From the NCBI RefSeq assembly GCF_009914755.1, contig NC_060931.1: a stretch of DNA of 64,000 nucleotides. The stretch is one strand, 5' to 3'. The notes beneath the pieces were generated by a model. That model had not been told where the DNA came from. It made no database searches and was given only the letters and a program-made list of their open reading frames with translations. Positions 56,557-64,000 of the stretch are shown here, piece by piece. The stretch is from the human T2T-CHM13v2.0 reference genome, Homo sapiens. The stretch's first letter is position 1, and the number at the start of each line of letters is the position of its first letter. A program made the translations under genes and the position numbers.

Positions 56557-56636
56557 GTAAGTGACTGCTGAGGGAGATACTATTCAGCCTGATTGCAACA
56601 TGGAGCCTGGACCTGAAGCAGAAGCAGGTGTGCTTG

Positions 56637-57428
56637 TGACATGAGAGGGGGGCACGGAAGTGCTAAATAGAGAAGGGCGGGGTCCCTGGCGAGAGCTCCA
56701 CCTGGGGCCTGGGCCCGCAGACCTAAGTGAGGCCAGGCACTCCTGTTTCCACACCCAAATATTGCATCTTCCAAGACCACTCCGGCCTGCCATGTCCCCA
56801 TCCTGTGCCTATAGAAATCCCGAGATCCTAGCGGGCACACACACACAGGCGCTGGACGTTGAGAGGAGCAGAGGAGTGGAAGAGCACACCGACAGGCACC
56901 AGCAGACTCTGGCAGGTCATCGATGGCAGGAGGGCATGGAATTCAGCCAGGGGCGGTTAGAGGAGTGTCCAGCCACTAGGCGGCCCAACTCCAGGGAAGA
57001 CCCCTTTCCAACACCATCCCCCTTCTGGCCTCCCCATGTACCCTTGCGAGCTACCTCCGCTCAATAAGACCTTGCACTCATTCTCCAAGCCCACATGTGA
57101 TCTGATTTTTCCGGTACACTAGGGCAAGAACCTGGGATACAGAAAGCCCTCTGTCCTTGCGATTAGGCAGAGGGTCTAATTGAGCTGATGAACGCAAGCC
57201 ACCTGCAGACGGCTAAGCTGAAAGAGCACACATGCCCACTGGGGCTTCGGGAGCTGTAAACACTCAATCCTAGACGCTGCCATGGGGTTCCAGCCCAAAG
57301 ACTCTCCCCATGACCTGCCCGTCTGTATGCTTCCCCTACAGATTTGAGCAGCTGGGCACCAAAGAAGGGAGCCACACCTCCTATGGTATGCCCTATGAGT
57401 GGAATAAGGGAAAACTCCTCCCGTTTCA
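56637..57428 (+). mobile_element. LTR1-family ERV1 solo LTR
   Basis: tgacatgagagggggg...agaagggcggggtccctggcgag...aataagaccttgcactcattctccaagccc...ctcccgtttca; 4-bp TSD cttg/ctta. Confidence 0.85.
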
Positions 57429-57687
57429 CTTAGTGCCCTAATTTCCCTTCCTGCTGCCTCTGTCCATATTCAGGGTCTTCAGGGCACTAGCTCTTTCCCA
57501 CCAGTCTCCCAATTAGCCTTTATTCCTAGCTCAGCAAAGTTTATGCTTAGGATGGTAAATTCTAAGGATGGAATACATGCATCAAACACTAAGAAAGTGA
57601 AGCCTGTTGGCAGGGATTGGATTCTTATCTAGTTAAGTATTCACTTGTGTAAATCCAAACCTCATGGACATTTTCAGAATCAACATC

Positions 57688-57944
57688 TTTTTTTTTTTTT
57701 TTTCTGAGATGTAGTTTTGCTCTTGTTGCCCAGGCTGGAGTGCAATGGTAAATCTTGGTTCACAGCAACCTCCGCCCCCCAAGTTCAAGCTATTTTCATG
57801 CCTCAGCCTCCCAAGTAGCTGGGATTACAGGCATACGCCACCATGTCCAGCTAATTTTTGTTTTTTTTAGTAGATACAGGGTTTTACTATGTTGGTCAGG
57901 CTGGTCTCGAACTCCTGACCACAGGTGATCCACCCATCTCAGCC
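57688..57944 (-). mobile_element. Alu (AluSq-like), 5'-truncated
   Basis: Antisense Alu lacking its first ~40 nt; TSD agaatcaacatctt / agaataaaaatctt. Confidence 0.93.
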
Positions 57945-59002
57945 AGAATAAAAATCTTAATGATCACTAATCAATTCATTGCCTTAACAACTTACCTCCA
58001 AGAACAACATAAATTTGCTTTAAACATGGACTGTGGTAAAGATGTTTGCATCTTCTAATTAAGCTGTGTTTCATTCAGCAAATCTGTTTTGAGCCGTAGC
58101 TGCGTGTCAGCTTTATTCCAGGCACTAGGGATACAGAGATGTCAAGGACAAGACAAATACGTCATTGGCTTTATGGGACTTACATTTCAGTGTGTTGTGG
58201 GGTAGGGCTATGTGGGTGTGGGTGTGTGATTTGCACTCTCAGCTATGCCCTAGTTATTCTTACTGCTTCAGGAAAAGGACCGCACATTTTATGGAATAAA
58301 TAACAATAAAATATGTCAATTATGGAGTGTATATCAAGTGCAATGATCTATGCTAGTTGCTTTCAATCTGTTATTTTATTAATTATTGTAACAATTCAAA
58401 TCTTTGGCATAAATTTTGTATCATTAACACATTAGACAACAGTCGCCGAAATGTTCACTAAACTTCCCAAGGTCAGCACCAAGTGAGTGGCTGAGTGAGA
58501 TGGTGAATGATCAGCTCTGTCCCACTTCCATGAACCTCTGAACAATGGACACGTGAAGTTTCTGTGGGACTTGAAGAAACAAAGTGAGTGAAAACGAGTT
58601 TCACCTCTTTCACAATCCAACACGCCACCCCCAACTCCCCGCCACTGACAACCAGAGGCTGGCAATTTTTGAGTTGGGCATTTTCTCAACAGTTGAGCAG
58701 GAGTGTGATATTCCCAGAGAGATGGAATTGGGGGCTGTGCACACCGCAGCTGCGGGCCCCAGGAAGGACAGATGGTCCATGCCGTACGCTGTCTGCTTGT
58801 ACAGCTCAGCAAATACATTTTCCTTGACTTTAATTGCACCCGGCAGACAGGGACAAATACATTTGCTTTGCTTTTAACAATACTTTGGTGGTATCTGGAG
58901 CATGCATGAGCATGGCAGTTAAATGTTCCTCTATTCGCTGCTCTGAAAAGGGAGCCTACGGCTTGGTTGCTTTCTCAGTCTCTTCTCTCTCTCTCCCCCT
59001 TC

Positions 59003-59332
59003 ATATATATATATATAAAATATATATATATTATATATATAAAATATATATATATTATATATATAAAATATATATATTATATATATAAAATATATATATT
59101 ATATATATAAAATATATATATATTATATATAAAATATATATATTATATATATATAAAATATATATATAATATATATATAAAATATATATAATATATATAT
59201 AAATATATATATTATATATATAAAATATATAAATATATATATATTATATATATAAAATATATATAATATATATAAAATATATATATATTATATATATAAA
59301 ATATATATATATTATATATATAACATATATAT
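59003..59332. repeat. ~330-bp (TA)n-rich tandem array
   Basis: Almost pure A/T; recurring ~24-nt unit tatatatataaaatatatatatat. Confidence 0.97.
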
Positions 59333-59379
59333 GTGTGCACATCCTGGTGTATATAATTTAGCTTCTCTTCCTCTCTGAG

Positions 59380-60570
59380 ATTGGTAATTTTTTTATTTTT
59401 CTAATTTTTATTCTGGTATAATTAAAATGTAGCAGATATTACATTTAAGAGTTCCATGTGCTTTGCAGATGTCCATCTAATCACCACCAAAACAACATGT
59501 AAAGCATTTCCATGACCCCAGGGAATTTCTCCATCACCCTTTCTGGCCAATTCTTCTCAACTCCTAAAAGCAACCACTTTTTGATTTCCATCATCATAAA
59601 TAGCTTTTGCTCTTGGAATTCAATATAAATAGAATCATACAACTTTGTGTCTGGCTTTCTTGGGTCCGTAAAATATTTTTGAGATTCACCACCGATGGTG
59701 CTTAAATTGATAGTTCATTCCCTTTATTGGCTGTGATATATTTCAGTGTATAAATAGTCAACATTTTAAATCTATTTTCCTGTTAATGGGCATTTGGGTT
59801 GTTTTCTGTTTGGGGCTCTTTTGACGAAAACTACAACACACATTTGTATACAAGTGATACTTGAGGACACTCATTTTTCATGAATTTATTGAGAAGCAAT
59901 TGACACAATACAATGAAATATTTCAGATGTATAATTAGACCAAATTTGACAAATAAAACCATCACGACAATCCAAATAATGAACTTATCCACCACTCCAC
60001 CCAAAGTTTCCTGTGGTTCCTTGCAGTCTCCATCTCCCTGTTTTGACCTGCACCATCCACAGTCAACCACTGAATGGCTTTGTGCCACCATAGATTCACG
60101 TAAATATTCTGGAATATAAAAAGGAATCATAGGCCGGTTGTGGTGGCTCACTCCTGTAATCTCAGCATTTTGGGAGGGCAAGGCAGGCAGATTGCTTGAG
60201 CTCAGGAGGTCAAGACCAGCCCGGGCAACATGACGAAACCTCATCTCTACAAAAAATTCAAAAATTAGCTGGGTGTGGTCACTCATGCCTGTGGTCCCAG
60301 CTACTCAGGAGGCTGAGGTGGGAGGATCATTTGAGCCCAGGAGGTCGAGGATACAGTGAGCTGAGATCACATCACTGCACTCCAGCCTTAGTGACACAGC
60401 TAGACCCTGTCTCCAAAAAAGGGGGGCAGAGGGTGAATTATAGACTATTGTTTTATCAGCCTTCTTTTATTGAGCCTGATAATGTTGAGACTTAAAAAGG
60501 TTATTGTGTCCATAAATTGTTCTTTCTTTTTCCTTGTGAAGCAGTATTCTACTGTGGGATTATAATGTTT
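59380..60570 (-). mobile_element. Old L1M 3' fragments, interrupted by AluJ
   Basis: atataaatagaatcatacaac..tttgtgtctggctttctt...tttttgagattcacc; gggcatttgggttgttttctgtttggggct. Confidence 0.75.
60132..60420 (+). mobile_element. AluJ
   Basis: gattgcttgagctcaggag and gggaggatcatttgagcccaggaggtcgagg (J-type). Confidence 0.93.
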
Positions 60571-61855
60571 CTGTTTTTCTTTTTAAAACTTTTTAAACTT
60601 TTTTTGCTAAGGAAATGCTGGTGTTATTTTTACTTCAAAGATAATCACAATGAACACAAACATTTTAGCGGATGATGTTGGAAAGCCTGCCTGGAGAAAG
60701 ACCAGCAGCGCAGGCTTCATTTTAATCACCAAATACATCAATATTGGCAAAAGAAAGCTTTTAGATTGCTAAATTATTCTTCCTTGCATTGTCAACTGGA
60801 AGCTAGGGTTCTTTCTGGTGAGTCAAATGAATAGTATCACCATTATCATCCTCATTGATCCTCACCCATGATGTGGGCCGTGATGAAGCCAAGCTCAAGG
60901 GGCAGCTAGCATTCAGTATCGGAGGAGCAGAGGCCCCGCAGCTGGAATCATTTCAGGATCTGAGACATGCTCAATAGGTGAAGCCTCAGACAAATGCTGG
61001 GGTCAGGAGAGGAGACGCCAGGAGACTAGTGGGTTGAATGCAGAGTTGGAGTTGTGGTGTGAAGATAGTCAGAGGATATGTGTGTCTGTGTCTGTGTGTA
61101 TGTGAGAGAGAGCGTGTGTTTGTCTTAGGAAGCGTGTGCTCCTTTGCCTTGTATATGATCTTACCTGGCTCCGTGATATTCCTACAAAGCCTTTTGCAGG
61201 AACTGCATTTGTCTCACACCTCACAGGCTGCAAGGCCTTATCCCAGGTGAAATTTAATTTGACACTGTAAAGACTTAAAAAGAGCTATGATTGTTAGCAC
61301 CATTTTTACAGATGAGAAAACTAAGAAATATGGGAAGATATTAATAAAAGTCATCTATTTATTTGAAGATATTCACAGTGAAGACTAGAGCCCAGGCATT
61401 TGGGCATCTTGTCTGGAGCTTTTCTCCCTTTTCCCTACAGCACTGTCCTCCATACAATGGTGTGAGGCTTAAGCACACCCAGAAAGACCCAGTGGTCATC
61501 TACAGGGTATGATTTTAGAGAAGTATAGGAAAGCCTCCATCACCCATCTAGTACCAGCTCTGCTACTTAAGAACTGTCATATAAAGTGAAAAGAGGACCA
61601 CTGGGTATAGTGGTTAAATATACCCACAATCTGTTCATTAGCCAGTTTTGTCTTCCTAGATTTGCAAAGGGAGAAGGTAGAAACCGCAAAATGCTCTTTT
61701 ATCCTCCTCTTTTCCCAAAATGAGTGGCATAATCACAAGGAAGCCCCTGTACACAGAAATATATATGCCAGAATGCTCAGGACTCAGATATATGACTCTA
61801 TGAATGGATGGATGGATGGATGGACGAATGGATGGATGGACGAATGGATGGATGG

Positions 61856-62211
61856 AGATATGGTTCGGCTGTGTCCCCACTCAAATTTCACCTTGAATTG
61901 TAATAATCCCCATGTGTCAAGGGCGGGGCCAGATGGAGATAATTGAATCATATGGGTGGTTTCCCCCATACTGTTCTCATGGTTGTGAATAAGTCTCATG
62001 AGATCTGATGGTTTTATAAATGTGAATTCCTTTGCACAAGTTCTCTTGCCTGTCACCATGTAAGATGTGGCTTTGTTCTTCATTTGCTTTCTGCCATGAT
62101 TGTGAGGCCTCCCCAAGCATGTAGAACTGTGAGTCAATTAAACCTCTTTCCTTTCTAAATTGCCTGGTCTCAGGTGGGTCTTTATTAGCAGCATGAGAAC
62201 AGACTAATACA
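61856..62211 (+). mobile_element. THE1 (THE1C-like) solo LTR inside a tetranucleotide microsatellite
   Basis: agatatggttcggctgtgtcccc...agactaataca; TSD gatgg/gatag; (GGAT)n to the left and (GATA)n to the right. Confidence 0.92.
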
Positions 62212-62632
62212 GATAGATATGTAGGTAGGTAGGTAGATAGATAGACAGACAGATGATAGACAAATAGATAACAGATAGATGATAAATAGATAGATGATAA
62301 ATAATAGATAAATAGATAGTTAATAGATTGATAGAAAAATAGGTAGACAGATGATAGATGGATAGATGATAGGTAGTTTGATAATAGATAATAATACATA
62401 GATTAGGTAGATAGACAGATGATAGACAGATAAACAGATAATAGATGGATAGATAGATGATAAATAGGTGATAAATAATGAATAGATAGCTAATAGGTTG
62501 ATAGAAAAATAGGTAGACAGACTGATAGGTGATGGCTAGATAGATGACAGACAGATTTATAATAGATAATACATAGATTAGATAGATAGATAGATAGTTG
62601 AGAGATAGATAGATAGAGATAGACAGACAGAT
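62212..62632. repeat. Complex (GATA)n array with ~170-bp higher-order duplication
   Basis: ttgatagaaaaataggtagacaga recurs at 62328 and 62498. Confidence 0.9.
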
Positions 62633-63318
62633 GTTGGTGTGGATTCAGCTGGTTCTGGGGTGAAGGGTTCTGGACCAGCTGTTTGCTGCTAACCCAAAGG
62701 TCATGACTAGAGCTATGTGTAAGCTAACAAGTGCTTGGGTATCTGTGGACACAAGGGACACATGAGGACATAAGCACCTGGGAACAGCTAAGAGAAGGCA
62801 GTGGATATTGAAATGACTTTATCATATTTATGGAGAGCTCCTTTGCTGAAGTATGCTCTCAATTCTGTTCCTCCAGGAGTCTTCATTTTAAACAAGATTT
62901 CAAGGTAGTTGGGATGTTATTATTGTTCCACATGTCAACAACTCTTGACGGGTTCATTTATATTTTACCATAGAGATATCTGTGAAGCCCTATTAGGCTG
63001 CAGCTAAAAGACATTTTTCTTCCTGTTTCTTTCCTCCATTCACTGAACTGACATATTGTGTTTTGTTCTGTATTATCTTTTGGTGCTTTATGGAAAAATG
63101 TCCACATTTCTCATGCAGCTACCCCAAGGTATTTCTTGTGAGAAAAAGAAAAATATGACTCTTTTTATGAGAAGAGAAACGGTTTCCCCACTCTTTCCAA
63201 TTGTGTATTCATTTCAATAAGCCTGGATCACTTGACAGAAGGGACTTCAAAGTTGATGATGATGATGAATTACAAAACTAAATAAGAAGTTTGGAAGAAC
63301 AGGGACAAATCTACTCTT

Positions 63319-63630
63319 GGCCATGCATGGTGGCTTATGCCTATATTCCCAGCACTTTGGGACACTGAGGTGGTCAGGATCATTTGAGCCCAGGAGTTCA
63401 AGACCAGCCTGGGCAAAATGTCAAAACCCCATTGCTACCAAAAATACAAAAATTAGCTGGGTATGGTGGCGTGCACCTGTAGTCTCAACTACCTGGAGAG
63501 GCTGACATGGGAAGATCACCTGAGCCCATGGAGGTAGAGGCTGCAGTGAGCCCTGATGGTGCCTCTGCACTCCAGCCTGGGCAACAGAGTAAGAGCCTGT
63601 CTCAAAACAAAACAAAAAAAAACAAAAAAA
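63319..63630 (+). mobile_element. AluJ
   Basis: ggatcatttgagcccaggagttc, gaggctgcagtgagc; (CAAAA)n tail; TSD aaatctactct/aaatatattct. Confidence 0.93.
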
Positions 63631-64000
63631 TATATTCTCATGAAGTTTGTAATGGCTGTGACCTGGTAGAAATGCATAAATAGACTATCTATTTTCACAA
63701 AGACCATATTACCATATAACTTAGCAGGTATATTGGAGTTTAAGAAATAGCTAGAATTAAATTATTTCAAAATCAATTTCAAAATTCACCTTTGTGAAAT
63801 TTAGAAACTTTGTCATAAAATCATTGCATTTCTAAGCTAAAAGAATCCAAGACAAGTGATGTCATTCATGTAGGTGTCTCCATCAATCCAACAGTGGATC
63901 ATTTGAGCAGCATTTTCCCTGTGTATGATACAAGCAAATTAATAAGCATGAACCCTGCCCTGCAACTTGTACCCAAGGCTCAAGCTTAGGAAACCAAGGA

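Noticed and set aside
56637-57100. GC-rich stretch resembling a promoter or CpG island
   Set aside because: Explained by the LTR1-family solo LTR; CpG density is modest.
61977-62399. 140-aa Y/L/S-rich ORF
   Set aside because: Translation of the (GATA)n repeat plus the THE1 LTR.

Overview
Repeat-dense primate genomic DNA, most likely human (AluY/S/J, L1PA/M, L2, MIR, THE1/MLT MaLR LTRs, ERV1/ERVK/ERVL remnants, hAT DNA transposons). I find no intact protein-coding gene, tRNA, rRNA or CpG island, and the supplied ORFs are Alu, L1, ERV or chance ORFs. The window reads as intergenic or long-intronic DNA, with two well-formed non-coding + strand exon candidates (52889-52988, 56465-56556). The most interesting structures are insertion and repair scars seen directly in the sequence: (1) a 432-bp non-repeat retroposed 3' end with ATTAAA, an A-tail and a 17-bp TSD that splits a MER58A element; (2) a 234-bp copy of nearby ERVL integrase DNA placed in a TA-rich tract 2162 bp away; (3) a 33-38 bp inverted duplication around a TA tract; (4) a mosaic L1PA + MLT2 + snap-back filler replacing part of an L1MB; (5) an Alu-L1M-Alu composite under one TSD inside a Charlie1. 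There are also an L1-derived 47-bp minisatellite and a 24-bp hairpin minisatellite. I cannot support a new gene-encoded system. Repeat subfamily names are recalled from consensus sequences rather than computed, and boundaries of old repeats are approximate.
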